From Candidatus Omnitrophota bacterium (GTDB taxonomy: Bacteria; Omnitrophota; Gorgyraeia; Gygaellales; Profunditerraquicolaceae), in assembly GCA_043800555.1 (NCBI GenBank), contig JAZDMX010000021.1:29905-93904 (forward strand): a DNA stretch of 64,000 nucleotides. The letters are read 5' to 3'. The position numbers and the translations under genes were made by a program. The notes beneath the pieces are model-generated. The model ran no database searches, had not been told where the DNA came from, and worked only from the letters and a program-made list of their open reading frames with translations. Position 1 is the first letter of the stretch. Each line of letters starts with the position of its first letter. Shown here in pieces: positions 21,001-29,110 of the stretch.

Positions 21001-21241
21001 TGGCCATATACAACATCTTATCCAGGCCGGTCATTTGCTGTTCGATGATTTGGGTAACGGTATTCTCTACTGTTTCAGCTGAAGCTCCGGTATAATAAGA
21101 AGTGATCCGGATAGACGGCGGAGCAATTGGTGGATACTGGGCAATAGGCAAAGTATAAACAGCCAAACCTCCCAGCACCATTATTAAAATGGCGATTACC
21201 CAGGCAAAAACCGGACGGTCAAGAAAAAATTTAGATAACAT
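18062..21241 (-). CDS. acrB: HAE1 RND efflux permease (AcrB/MexB-like)
   Basis: FFLDRPVFAWV, GLLVDDAIVVVENVER and RFRPVIMTS motifs; 1059 aa. Confidence 0.96.
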   Translation of the reverse strand: MLSKFFLDRPVFAWVIAILIMVLGGLAVYTLPIAQYPPIAPPSIRITSYYTGASAETVENTVTQIIEQQMTGLDKMLYMASSSDASGSSTIELTFSPGTDPDIAWTKVQNKLQLAMPRLPDTVQRRGVSVQKSTHNYLLIVGLVSEDGSMTDIDLRDYMLSVIQPVLARVSGVGEAEAFGNEYAMRIWFDPKKLTSYGLTIGDVIGALQDYNVEVSGGQFGGAPAVKGQRLNASIIIQSLLKTPEEFSNIPVRINSDGSTIRIKDVGYVELGSDQSDTKVYFNKGQPSAAIAIRQEPGANALKTVDGIKAKMEELSRYFPQGMKVVYPYDTTPFTRVAIHEVFKTLCEAIFLVFLVMYLFMGNIRATLIPTIAVPVVLLGTCATLSLFGYSINMLTMFAMVLAIGLLVDDAIVVVENVERLMSEEGLSPRDAAAKSMEQITPALIGIGLVLSAVFGPMAFFTGSTGVIYRQFSVTVIASMLLSVVVALILTPVLCASILRPVPKGHQPAESGFWLLRPFFRKFDQIFFWIRDKYVQLVGHSFNKNIRYIIAYLLIVGAMLFVFSRMPTGYLPDEDQGVLIIMVNLPSGATLEQSERVLDKVRQYFVDKEKDAIESILTISGMNQSGHGQNTGMAFIKLKDWDLRKKASLKSDAIEDRAMKEFAIYNEALVYVFSPPPIIELGTAKGFDFQLQDRGGAGHEKLMEARSKLLEMAHKDPRLTRVRANGLEDVAQYKIDLDWEKAGSLGVSIASIQNTISTAFGSSYVNDFVKDGRIKHVDIQADAPYRMLPEDLKNLYVRNSKGKMVPYSSFASGHWIFGSPKLERYNAFSSINILGEAAKGRSSGEAMNAMEELAAKLPREFGYDWNGLSYQERQSGSQTGPLYAFSILIIFLCVAALYESWSIPIVNLLMLPLGVFGATLLTFMRGMPNDVYFQIGFLTTLGLSTKNAILIIQFAQHRLENGEKLVEAILGAVKTRFRPVIMTSLAFFFGVLPLAISTGAGAGAQNAIGTAVVGGMLSATFIDLIFIPLFFIMVTRFFGRKFKAQAAAVTGPNVTDLQK

Positions 21242-21252
21242 GAATTCTCCGT

Positions 21253-22356
21253 TTAATTCGCGCCAGATACAGTTGAAGTAATTTTTACCGAAGTCCCGGG
21301 CCTAATCAGCTGAACACCTTCAATAACTACCCGGTCTCCGGAATTAAGGCCTGAAGAAACCAGCCATTTATCGCCAATAGCCCTGTCAAGCGTAAGTATG
21401 CGCTGCTGGATTTTATTCTCAGAATTAACGATCCAAGTATAGGCTTCGCCTTTGGGATTACGAAAGACTCCCTGTTGCGGCGCAAGCATAGCCTGCTCAT
21501 TAATCCCTTCCGTAATAATTGCCCTGACAAACATTCCCGGCAAAAGCACGCCATTAGGATTGGGGAAAATTACCCGCAGGATAACTGCTCCGGTTGTCGG
21601 GTCAACTGTTATATCCTGGAATTGAAGTATCCCATCTAAAGGATAAGCTGTGCCATCATCCAGGATAAGTTTCACTTTATTCTGGTTTGATTCATCATGA
21701 TTAAGGCTTCCGCCTTCCAGGCTGCGCCGTAATCGAAGCAATTCTGTGGTAGATTGCGGGATGTCCACATAAATAGGATCTAACTGCTGAATGGTTGCTA
21801 GAGGTAAAGATTGATAGGCTGTCACAATAGCGCCTTCGGTAATATTAGAAGTGCCGATGCGTCCGTTAATCGGAGAAACAACACTTGTATATCCTAGATT
21901 AATCTTAGCAGTTTCCAATTCAGCTTTGGCTTGTTTAAAAGCAGCATCCGCGTCATCGAATTCCTGCTGGCTGACTGCTTTATCAATCAATGCTTCTTTA
22001 TAACGATCAGCTCTCAGCTGCAAAGCAGGTAAATTAGCCTTGGCCTTATCATAAGCTGCCTGAAACGGAGCAGGATCAATTTGGTAAAGTACTTGTCCTG
22101 CCTTGATTTCCGCGCCTTCGGTAAACAAACGCTTCTGGATAAGCCCGCTGACCTGAGGCCGGATCTCCGCGATCATAAAAGCGGCTGTGCGGCCGGGTAA
22201 TTCGGTTGTAATAACCACTCGTTCTGGGCGTACGGAATACACATCTACTTCCACGAGCTTAGCCGCCGGTTTACTTTTAGGCGCGCAGCCAATTACAGAA
22301 AAAACCATAGATGAAATACCTAGAAATATTATTATATTGTTAAGTTTACTTTGCAT
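21253..22356 (-). CDS. acrA: RND periplasmic adaptor lipoprotein (AcrA/MexA-like)
   Basis: Lipobox VIGC; ELPGRT, EIRPQVSG and LLPGMFVR motifs. Confidence 0.95.
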   Translation of the reverse strand: MQSKLNNIIIFLGISSMVFSVIGCAPKSKPAAKLVEVDVYSVRPERVVITTELPGRTAAFMIAEIRPQVSGLIQKRLFTEGAEIKAGQVLYQIDPAPFQAAYDKAKANLPALQLRADRYKEALIDKAVSQQEFDDADAAFKQAKAELETAKINLGYTSVVSPINGRIGTSNITEGAIVTAYQSLPLATIQQLDPIYVDIPQSTTELLRLRRSLEGGSLNHDESNQNKVKLILDDGTAYPLDGILQFQDITVDPTTGAVILRVIFPNPNGVLLPGMFVRAIITEGINEQAMLAPQQGVFRNPKGEAYTWIVNSENKIQQRILTLDRAIGDKWLVSSGLNSGDRVVIEGVQLIRPGTSVKITSTVSGAN

Positions 22357-22369
22357 TTTTTCTCCAATC

Positions 22370-22978
22370 CTATCTTTGCTCCACGCCTTTAAAGAATATA
22401 TCCAGGATAAAATCAGCCGTAGCGTTTAAATCTTTACTTTTGGGGCCTTCTTTTAACCAATCAAAGATAACCGTCATAAAAATCGAGCCTAAGATATCCG
22501 CGATTTGTTTTGGGTTAAAATCACTTCTTACTACCTTTTGCCTTTGTCCAATGCTGATAAGCTCTTCGACAAATTCCTTATGTTCCAGCATTACGGAAGA
22601 TTTGGATATCTTACCCTCTTTCAGAATCTGCCCCTTGGTCCTTTCGGAAAAGAAAATCCGGAAAAAATTCTGGTTCTTTTCAAAAAAATTCAAACTCTCC
22701 TGCACGAAAACCCGAAGCTTATCTTCAGCATCCGCTACGCAAGCCGTATTCTCTTTCAATGTAGCAGTTATGTTTTTCATTTTCTCTTCTAAAAGAGAAA
22801 AATAAAGCATCTCCTTATCCTCAAAATACAAATATACCGTTCCGGTGGCATATTGGGCCTCGCGGGCAATATCCTGCATTGTTGCCTCATGATACCCCTT
22901 TAAGGCAAAAACGCGTTCGGCCGAACGCATAATATCGGCTTTACGCAATTGCTTATCCCTCTCTTTTCTACTCATCAT
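22370..22978 (-). CDS. TetR/AcrR family transcriptional regulator
   Basis: HTH ATMQDIAREAQYATGTVYLYFEDK; start likely ATG 22978 or 22975. Confidence 0.93.
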   Translation of the reverse strand: MMSRKERDKQLRKADIMRSAERVFALKGYHEATMQDIAREAQYATGTVYLYFEDKEMLYFSLLEEKMKNITATLKENTACVADAEDKLRVFVQESLNFFEKNQNFFRIFFSERTKGQILKEGKISKSSVMLEHKEFVEELISIGQRQKVVRSDFNPKQIADILGSIFMTVIFDWLKEGPKSKDLNATADFILDIFFKGVEQR

Positions 22979-23016
22979 AGCGCTGATTTTGCTATCCCCG
23001 ATTATTCCTTCAATTA

Positions 23017-23068
23017 ATGAATGTGTATTCATATTGTGTATATTATATTCATTTCATACTTTTGTCAA
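23017..23068 (-). promoter_or_regulatory. Promoter and candidate TetR operator
   Basis: TTGACA (23063-68) with an AT-rich -10; palindrome ATGAAT-GTGT-ATTCAT at 23017-23032. Confidence 0.55.
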
Positions 23069-23080
23069 GTAAAAATATAA

Positions 23081-23168
23081 AAAAGGGGGACGTTTCTACT
23101 TTTCCGGCAGCGGGATCGAGAAAAGTAGAAACGTCCCCCTTTTTCAAAGTAGAAACGTCCCCCTTTTT
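23081..23168. repeat. REP-like palindrome, copy 3, with duplicated right arm
   Basis: AAAAGGGGGACGTTTCTACTTTTC + 15 nt + GAAAAGTAGAAACGTCCCCCTTTT, then AAAGTAGAAACGTCCCCCTTTTT again. Confidence 0.9.
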
Positions 23169-23176
23169 CTTACGCC

Positions 23177-23401
23177 TTATTTACTGCAATTGCAAGCTGC
23201 CGCGCATTTACCATCAGCGCAATTACAGCTATCCTTAGAGCAACATCCGCCGTTGCAGCCGCATTCGCCTTTAACGCAACATCCGCCTCCTTTTACGCAC
23301 TGGCAATATTTCTTAACGCAACAATTACCTGCGGCTAAAGCATAACCGCTGCTTAAAAACATCAGCGCGATAACGGATAATATAAAGATATACTTTCTCA
23401 T
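23177..23401 (-). CDS. Secreted Cys-rich metallothionein-like peptide (74 aa)
   Basis: GAGGAGG RBS then ATG 23401; signal peptide; 15 Cys, including three CC-x4-CxC repeats. Confidence 0.8.
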   Translation of the reverse strand: MRKYIFILSVIALMFLSSGYALAAGNCCVKKYCQCVKGGGCCVKGECGCNGGCCSKDSCNCADGKCAAACNCSK

Positions 23402-23456
23402 GCTGACCTCCTCTTTCGTATAAATTATTATTTTCTGATGCAAAAATGGCAGAATA

Positions 23457-23507
23457 GGGACGTTTCTACTTTTCTTAGGCCTATCTCCAGAAAAGCAGAA
23501 ACGTCCC
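23457..23507. repeat. REP-like palindrome, copy 4 (one mismatch)
   Basis: GGGACGTTTCTACTTTTC + 15 nt + GAAAAGCAGAAACGTCCC. Confidence 0.88.
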
Positions 23508-23533
23508 TCCTTCCCATTTTCCAAACCAGGATA

Positions 23534-23848
23534 TTAAAGGTTCGGCGGGTGGAAGATATTGCTAACCGATAAATAATTGTAGGTGAGGCGGTAGCTCTGC
23601 GGGAGGTAACCTAATAAAACCGGATCAAATAAGGTCCCCTTATCGGCTTGGCAGGCTTGGATCGTTTGATGGCTGCAAAGGCAAACCCCGGGGTTCTTTC
23701 GGCATTTAGATCTGGCATGGCATTTAGGCCTGCAACAAGAATGTTTCTTAAGGACGTTTGCGTATGATCCTGCGAACATGGCCCCGGAAACAAAGGCTAC
23801 GGCCGTAAAGCAAATCAATATTTTTAAACATACGGTTTTCATAGACAT
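23534..23848 (-). CDS. Cys/His-rich protein with signal/TM segment and C-terminal IFHPP (DUF2946/CruR-like leader)
   Basis: N-terminal hydrophobic segment, HSCC..CH..C..CLCSH cluster, ends IFHPPNL. Confidence 0.65.
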   Translation of the reverse strand: MSMKTVCLKILICFTAVAFVSGAMFAGSYANVLKKHSCCRPKCHARSKCRKNPGVCLCSHQTIQACQADKGTLFDPVLLGYLPQSYRLTYNYLSVSNIFHPPNL

Positions 23849-23875
23849 TAAGGCCCCCTGGCTGTCTCTGCGGGC

Positions 23876-24649
23876 CTACAACTTCTTGAGCAGGTCTTTA
23901 GCTACCTTTTTACCGGCCAGGAGCATCCCTCCGAAAATCGGGCCCATACGCGGGCCGCCGAATACGGCATTAGCGCACATTCCGCAGGCATAAAGCCCCG
24001 GGCAAATCTCTTTGGAATTCCTTACGATGGTATTTTCTCCTAAATCCGCATACATAGACTGCTCGCCCATAGTTTTACCTGTTTTGGTGTTGAGCCTTAT
24101 GCCGGACTTTCGTTCCACAATACGAGCGACTTCTGCCGGATGTCCCGTAGCGTCTACTACGAATTTCGCCCGCATCGTTATGGGATCCACATGCAAATTA
24201 GCCATTTCAACGGCCGTCCAGTTTAGGACTAAACCGCAAACGCGCTTGCCCCTGACCATTACGTCTTCGGCGCTGATCAAATTGAGTATTTTTAAACCCG
24301 CCTGCACGCTCTTGGAGCATATTGTTGAAACCGAGTCTATGGAATCAGCCAGATAATAATTGTCTTCATACTTTCTGGATTTCACGCCAAACTCATCGAG
24401 AATCTCCTTGGCTTTATCCTGGACGACTATTTCATTAAACATAATGCCGCCGCCCCACATCCCTCCTCCTACCGATAATTTTCTTTCGAATAAAACTACT
24501 TTCCTCCCGGCCTTAGCCAGGTAATACCCGCAAACCATGCCGGCCGGCCCTGCGCCGACAATAGCCACATCCACATCCAAAGCCGCGATTAGCTTCTGTT
24601 TGTAAGACTCAATTATTGCCCGTGATATTTTGATCTCATCAAGCTTCAT
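23876..24649 (-). CDS. thi4: Sulfide-dependent thiazole synthase Thi4
   Basis: [19 protein letters not shown] and [14 protein letters not shown] motifs; TPP riboswitch upstream. Confidence 0.96.
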   Translation of the reverse strand: MKLDEIKISRAIIESYKQKLIAALDVDVAIVGAGPAGMVCGYYLAKAGRKVVLFERKLSVGGGMWGGGIMFNEIVVQDKAKEILDEFGVKSRKYEDNYYLADSIDSVSTICSKSVQAGLKILNLISAEDVMVRGKRVCGLVLNWTAVEMANLHVDPITMRAKFVVDATGHPAEVARIVERKSGIRLNTKTGKTMGEQSMYADLGENTIVRNSKEICPGLYACGMCANAVFGGPRMGPIFGGMLLAGKKVAKDLLKKL

Positions 24650-24688
24650 CCTGCTGCCTCCTTTTTATTCACCCGTTACCCAAACGAC

Positions 24689-24726
24689 AAAAAACCCTTA
24701 TGTAAGGCTTTGCCAAACATAAGGGT
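24689..24726 (-). terminator. Intrinsic terminator (riboswitch expression platform)
   Basis: 10-bp stem ACCCTTATGT/ACATAAGGGT followed by a U-run on the minus strand, between aptamer and thi4. Confidence 0.8.
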
Positions 24727-24737
24727 AAAATCAAATC

Positions 24738-24835
24738 CTGCCTCCCTCCGCTGGCATTATCCAGATCAGGTTTAATCGGGTCTCTTACGTTTTAACGAAG
24801 ACTCTCAGGCCGCTTAACGACCTCCCCGTAATGCA
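24738..24835 (-). ncRNA. TPP riboswitch (THI element)
   Basis: Minus strand GGGG...CTGAGA...ACCCG..AACCTGATCTGGATAATGCCAGCGGAGGGA matches the TPP consensus; upstream of thi4. Confidence 0.95.
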
Positions 24836-24844
24836 ATTGTTTAT

Positions 24845-24873
24845 ATATTAGGGCAAAAACAAACCCTTGTCAA
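24845..24873 (-). promoter_or_regulatory. Sigma70-type promoter of the TPP leader and thi4
   Basis: TTGACA-17 nt-TAATAT just upstream of the aptamer. Confidence 0.7.
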
Positions 24874-24879
24874 GTAATT

Positions 24880-25554
24880 CTAATTTCCCGCCAATTCTTC
24901 AGGATGGTGCCTCACCACTTTTGCCGAGACCATATATATTACGTCTTCGGCGATATTCGTACAGTGGTCGCAAATACGCTCCAGGAAACGCGTGATTAAC
25001 AAAAGCTGAACAGCCCTGGGAGCGGTTGAGCCGTCTTTTGCCATATAATCTTCAACAAGTTCCTTTTGTATTACATTGCGCAGGCCATCTGCTTCAGGAT
25101 CCAGCGATAATACTTTCTTAGCTAATCCGCTATCATTCTTTATAAACGCATCTATTGCCAGCCTGACCATATTTTGAGCTACCAAGGTAAGTTTCGGGAT
25201 ATCAACTAAGGGCTTCAAGATCGGTTTATCTGCCAGCTCCAGGGTGCGCTGGGCAATATCCACGGCTATATCGGCTATCCTCTCTAACTCGGAATTTATC
25301 TTCATGCCGGTGGCAATAAAACGTAAATCTTTTGCCATCGGTTGATGCCGCGCTATCAAATCAATGCACTCTTCATCTATCTCCAGCTCCAGGTTATCGA
25401 TATTGGCATCGTTATCTATAACGCCTTTGGCCAGCGCTTTATCCCTGCTTCTTAAGGCTTCCACTGATTTGAAAATCGCCTCCTCTGCGTAAACCCCCAT
25501 CTTCAATATCTTAATATTCAAATCGTTTAATTCTGCATCAAAATGCCTCTCCAT
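24880..25554 (-). CDS. phoU: Phosphate signalling protein PhoU
   Basis: QPMAKDLR, ELERIAD and LERICDH motifs. Confidence 0.96.
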   Translation of the reverse strand: MERHFDAELNDLNIKILKMGVYAEEAIFKSVEALRSRDKALAKGVIDNDANIDNLELEIDEECIDLIARHQPMAKDLRFIATGMKINSELERIADIAVDIAQRTLELADKPILKPLVDIPKLTLVAQNMVRLAIDAFIKNDSGLAKKVLSLDPEADGLRNVIQKELVEDYMAKDGSTAPRAVQLLLITRFLERICDHCTNIAEDVIYMVSAKVVRHHPEELAGN

Positions 25555-25629
25555 TTCTTCCTCCGCTTTTGCCGCTTTAACGCCCGCTAACCGCCTTATA
25601 TCCAGAAGTTATTTATTTACGGTAAAGGC

Positions 25630-26391
25630 TTATCCAAACCTTCCCGTAATATAAGCCTCCGTGCGTTTATCCTTGGGCGCGGTAAAAATATCCTGTGTTC
25701 TGCCGAATTCAACCAATTCTCCCAGCAGGAAAAAACCCGTATAATCAGAAACGCGGGCAGCCTGCTGCATGTTGTGCGTAACAATGACAATAGTATAATC
25801 CTTTTTTAGCTCCAAAATCAACTCTTCTATTTTTGCGGTCGAAATAGGGTCGAGGCTGGCGCATGGCTCGTCAAAAAGTATGACCTCGGTCTCAACCGCG
25901 AGGCAACGGGCGATGCAAAGCCTTTGCTGCTGGCCGCCGGACAGTTTAAGGGCGCTCTCGTAGAGCCTTTCCTTGACCTCATCCCAAATTGCCGCTTTCT
26001 TTAATGAGATTTCAACCCTCTATTCTATGAAATCAGCGTCTTTTATCCCGTTTACCCTCAACCCATAGCTTATATTGTCGAATATGCTTTTAGGAAAAGG
26101 GTTCGGCTTCTGGAAAACCATTCCTACCCGCCTCCTTATTTCTACGGGATCAACGCAAGAAGCGTTTATCTCCATGCCCTCAAGGTAGATGTCCCCGCAA
26201 AGCCTGGTATTCGGAACAAGCTCATTCATGCGGTTGAACAACCTTATAAAAGTGGATTTTCCGCATCCGGAAGGCCCGATTAAAGCGCTGACCTGATTAG
26301 CGTATATGGAGATACTCACATCCTTAAGGACATGGTTCTTCCCGTAAAAGAAATTGACGCCCTTTGCCCGCATCTTGATTTTATTATCCAT
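25630..26391 (-). pseudogene. pstB: Phosphate ABC ATPase PstB with one in-frame TAG at codon 124
   Basis: 762-nt single frame: GPSGCGKST...[22 protein letters not shown]...[13 protein letters not shown]...DEPCASLDP...YITGRFG; TAG at 26020-26022. Confidence 0.85.
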
Positions 26392-27232
26392 GTTGAGTCC
26401 TTTGCCTTTGGCGTATAAATATAGCGATCCCCGAAATAAATAATACTATAAATAAAAGAATAAAGCTGCACCCATAGGCTATCGCCCTTTGCTTCTCCGG
26501 ATGCACCCCTTCCGTCATTAAGGCGTAGATATGATACGGTAAAGCCATGGCCTCCGAGAATATGGATCTTGGGTAACCGCGCGTATAAAAAGCCGCGGCA
26601 GTAAAAAGTATCGGCGCGGTCTCTCCGGCTACCCTGCCGATGCTTAAGATTACTCCGGTTAAAATCCCGGGCAAAGCTGCGGGTAAAACTATCCTTTTAA
26701 TCGTTTCCCACTTGCTCGCCCCCAGGGATAATGACGCTTCCCTTATTGATTGCGGGACCGCTAAAAGCGCTTCCTGCGCCGAAGAGATGATCAAGGGCAG
26801 CGCTAATATCCCCAAAGTCAGGCTTCCTGAAAGTATGGAAACTCCGAAACCGAATAATTTTACAAAAACAGCTAAACCAAAGAGGCCGAAGACTACCGAA
26901 GGCACTCCCGCCAGATTATTGATGCTGACCCTGATAATATTCACTATGAATCCTTTCGGCGAATATTCGCAAAGATATACCGCGCAAGCAACGCCAAGCG
27001 GAAGGGAGAAAATAACCGCGCCCAAAGTAATATAAAGCGTGCCGATAATCGCCGGGGCCACTCCTCCTTGGGTCATGCCGCAACGGGGTATTTGCGTAAG
27101 AAATTCCCAGGAGATTACCCCGGCCCCCCTTACGGTAATAAAGAATATTATCAGGCCTAAAACAAACAAAGTAGCCAGCATGCATAAAAATAACCCCCCA
27201 AACCCCAAATTCTGAATATGTTTTCTCTTCAC
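26384..27232 (-). CDS. pstA: Phosphate ABC permease PstA
   Basis: LAGVPSVVFGLFG and GRVAGETAP motifs. Confidence 0.96.
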   Translation of the reverse strand: MKRKHIQNLGFGGLFLCMLATLFVLGLIIFFITVRGAGVISWEFLTQIPRCGMTQGGVAPAIIGTLYITLGAVIFSLPLGVACAVYLCEYSPKGFIVNIIRVSINNLAGVPSVVFGLFGLAVFVKLFGFGVSILSGSLTLGILALPLIISSAQEALLAVPQSIREASLSLGASKWETIKRIVLPAALPGILTGVILSIGRVAGETAPILFTAAAFYTRGYPRSIFSEAMALPYHIYALMTEGVHPEKQRAIAYGCSFILLFIVLFISGIAIFIRQRQRTQHG

Positions 27233-27250
27233 TTGCTCACCCCAATGGAA

Positions 27251-28126
27251 TTACCCGCTTAAACCCAGCTTTATACGAAAACGCCGGCTGATTATTTCCG
27301 CGACAATATTAAATATAAAAGTAATTAAGAATAATACCAGCGCTATGGCAAATAAGGCATGGTAATGGCTGCTGCCCATCGGCGCTTCCCCCATTTCAGC
27401 CGCGATTGCCGCGGTCATCGGGCGGACCGGCTCTAAAAATGTATGTGGTATTACTGCCGCCCCTCCGGCAACCATCAAAACAGTCATTGTCTCTCCTATC
27501 GCCCGGCTCATCCCTAATATTATCGCCGTAGAGATTCCCGAACCCGCGGCCGGAATCACTACCCGCGTTAAAGTCTGCCATCTATCCGCTCCCAGCGCAA
27601 ACGAGGCCTCCCGGAAAGATTTAGGCACATAATTTAGCGCATCTTCAGCTATACTGCATACTGTCGGCGTAGCCATAACCCCTAAAATCAGGCTGGCGTT
27701 TAAAGCAGTCATACCTGTAGGCAAATGGAATAACTTCTGCAAGAACGGCGTAACGATGACCATCCCGAAGAAACCAAAAACCACCGATGGAATACTGGCT
27801 AGCAGTTCCACCATAGGCTTTAATACCGCTTTTTGCCTGCTTCCCGCCAATTCATTAAGGTACATGGCGCTTCCAACCCCCAAAGGCACGCAGACAAAAA
27901 CCGCGCCAAAGGTGACCCAAAACGAAGCCAGGATTAAAGGAAGCACCCCGAACTCCGGTGGGCTATAAGTAGGGTACCAAAACTTGCCAAAAACAAAATT
28001 ACCGATACTCACTTTTGAGAATATGGGCAGGCTCTCCCTGAAAAGGACGAAAACTATGCCGATTAAGAATACCAGGGAAGAAAACGCCAAAACCGTAAAA
28101 ATCCACTTATATAACTTTTCTTTCAT
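27251..28126 (-). CDS. pstC: Phosphate ABC permease PstC
   Basis: ELLASIPSVVFG and SRAIGETM motifs. Confidence 0.96.
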   Translation of the reverse strand: MKEKLYKWIFTVLAFSSLVFLIGIVFVLFRESLPIFSKVSIGNFVFGKFWYPTYSPPEFGVLPLILASFWVTFGAVFVCVPLGVGSAMYLNELAGSRQKAVLKPMVELLASIPSVVFGFFGMVIVTPFLQKLFHLPTGMTALNASLILGVMATPTVCSIAEDALNYVPKSFREASFALGADRWQTLTRVVIPAAGSGISTAIILGMSRAIGETMTVLMVAGGAAVIPHTFLEPVRPMTAAIAAEMGEAPMGSSHYHALFAIALVLFLITFIFNIVAEIISRRFRIKLGLSG

Positions 28127-28200
28127 CTTCAGCCTAAGCTATTGCGCGCGCGTTTTGCGCTAAAGGTAATCCTGCGAGAAACTCCCCTATCCCGAGAGAA

Positions 28201-28239
28201 GGCAACACGGCAGGCCTTATTAACGCCTGCCGCGTTGCC
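28201..28239 (-). other. Hairpin between pstS and pstC (likely mRNA stabiliser or partial terminator)
   Basis: GGCAAC-A-CGGCAGGC...GCCTGCCG-C-GTTGCC stem. Confidence 0.55.
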
Positions 28240-28259
28240 AGGATAAATGAGTAAACGCC

Positions 28260-29075
28260 TTATTTTATCCCAACATAACCCTGTTCCTCAACTATTTTCT
28301 GCCCTTGTTCACTCTTCACAAAATCAAGGTACGTTTTAATTATGCCTTGCGGCTTACCGTTAGAATACATAAAAAGCGGGCGGGTCACAGGGTATTGGCC
28401 GGAAAGGACAGTTTCCTTAGAAGGCATAACCCCTTCGATTTCAAGCGCCTTGATATCTTTGGACATAAAGCCCAAGCCAACATAACCTATAGCGGCGCTA
28501 GTTTGAGCGATACTCTGGGCAACCGCCTGATTTGAAGCCTGCATAAGCGCTCCGGGCATGACCTTTTCCTTATTCATAACCAATTCGCCAAACGCCTCAA
28601 AAGTGCCGCTGGAAGTATCCCGGGAAACAACCACGATCTTCCCGGGATTGCCTCCTAATTGCGACCAATCAACCACCCTTCCGGTAAATATATCCCTGGC
28701 TTGCTTCTTGGAAAGCTTAGATACGGGATTCGATTTATTTACCACTACCGCAATCCCATCCATCGCCACGATATGGGCAACCGGGTCCCTGCCGTTTACG
28801 GCTGCCTTTTGTATCTCGGTATCTTTTATCGCGCGCGAGGCGTCGGCTATATCGCAAGTCCCGTCAATAAAAGCGGAGATTCCCACGCTTGAGCCTCCCC
28901 CGCGCACCGATATATCAACGCCGGGATTTTCGTCCATAAAAACCTCCGCGGTTTTTTGAGCGATGGGAAGCACTGTAGTAGAACCGGCAATTATAATTTT
29001 TTCGGCAAAGCAAGGCGTAGCCGCCAAGCTTAATCCCGCCATCGCCATCAACGCTAATATCACGGATCTTTTCAT
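28260..29075 (-). CDS. pstS: Phosphate-binding protein PstS
   Basis: AGSTTV, GGGSSVG and SRDTSSGT motifs; signal peptide from ATG 29075. Confidence 0.95.
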   Translation of the reverse strand: MKRSVILALMAMAGLSLAATPCFAEKIIIAGSTTVLPIAQKTAEVFMDENPGVDISVRGGGSSVGISAFIDGTCDIADASRAIKDTEIQKAAVNGRDPVAHIVAMDGIAVVVNKSNPVSKLSKKQARDIFTGRVVDWSQLGGNPGKIVVVSRDTSSGTFEAFGELVMNKEKVMPGALMQASNQAVAQSIAQTSAAIGYVGLGFMSKDIKALEIEGVMPSKETVLSGQYPVTRPLFMYSNGKPQGIIKTYLDFVKSEQGQKIVEEQGYVGIK

Positions 29076-29110
29076 CTTAAAATCCTCCTTTTTTGCATAA
29101 ATTAGAATCC

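Noticed and set aside
23026-23060. TATTCATATTG / TATATTCATTT in the tetR promoter resembling the wHTH-TolC operator
   Set aside because: Partial match in very AT-rich DNA that lacks the GCATATA half; could be chance
23017-23524. ORF 23017-23238 and the 41-aa N-terminal extension of ORF 23177-23524
   Set aside because: Both translate REP-like DNA (KVETSPFF twice); the Cys-rich gene has a strong RBS at ATG 23401
26020-26022. Genome-wide TAG reassignment (alternative genetic code)
   Set aside because: TAG ends many full-length genes here (pit, thi4, phoU, phoR, tetR), and I found only one internal TAG
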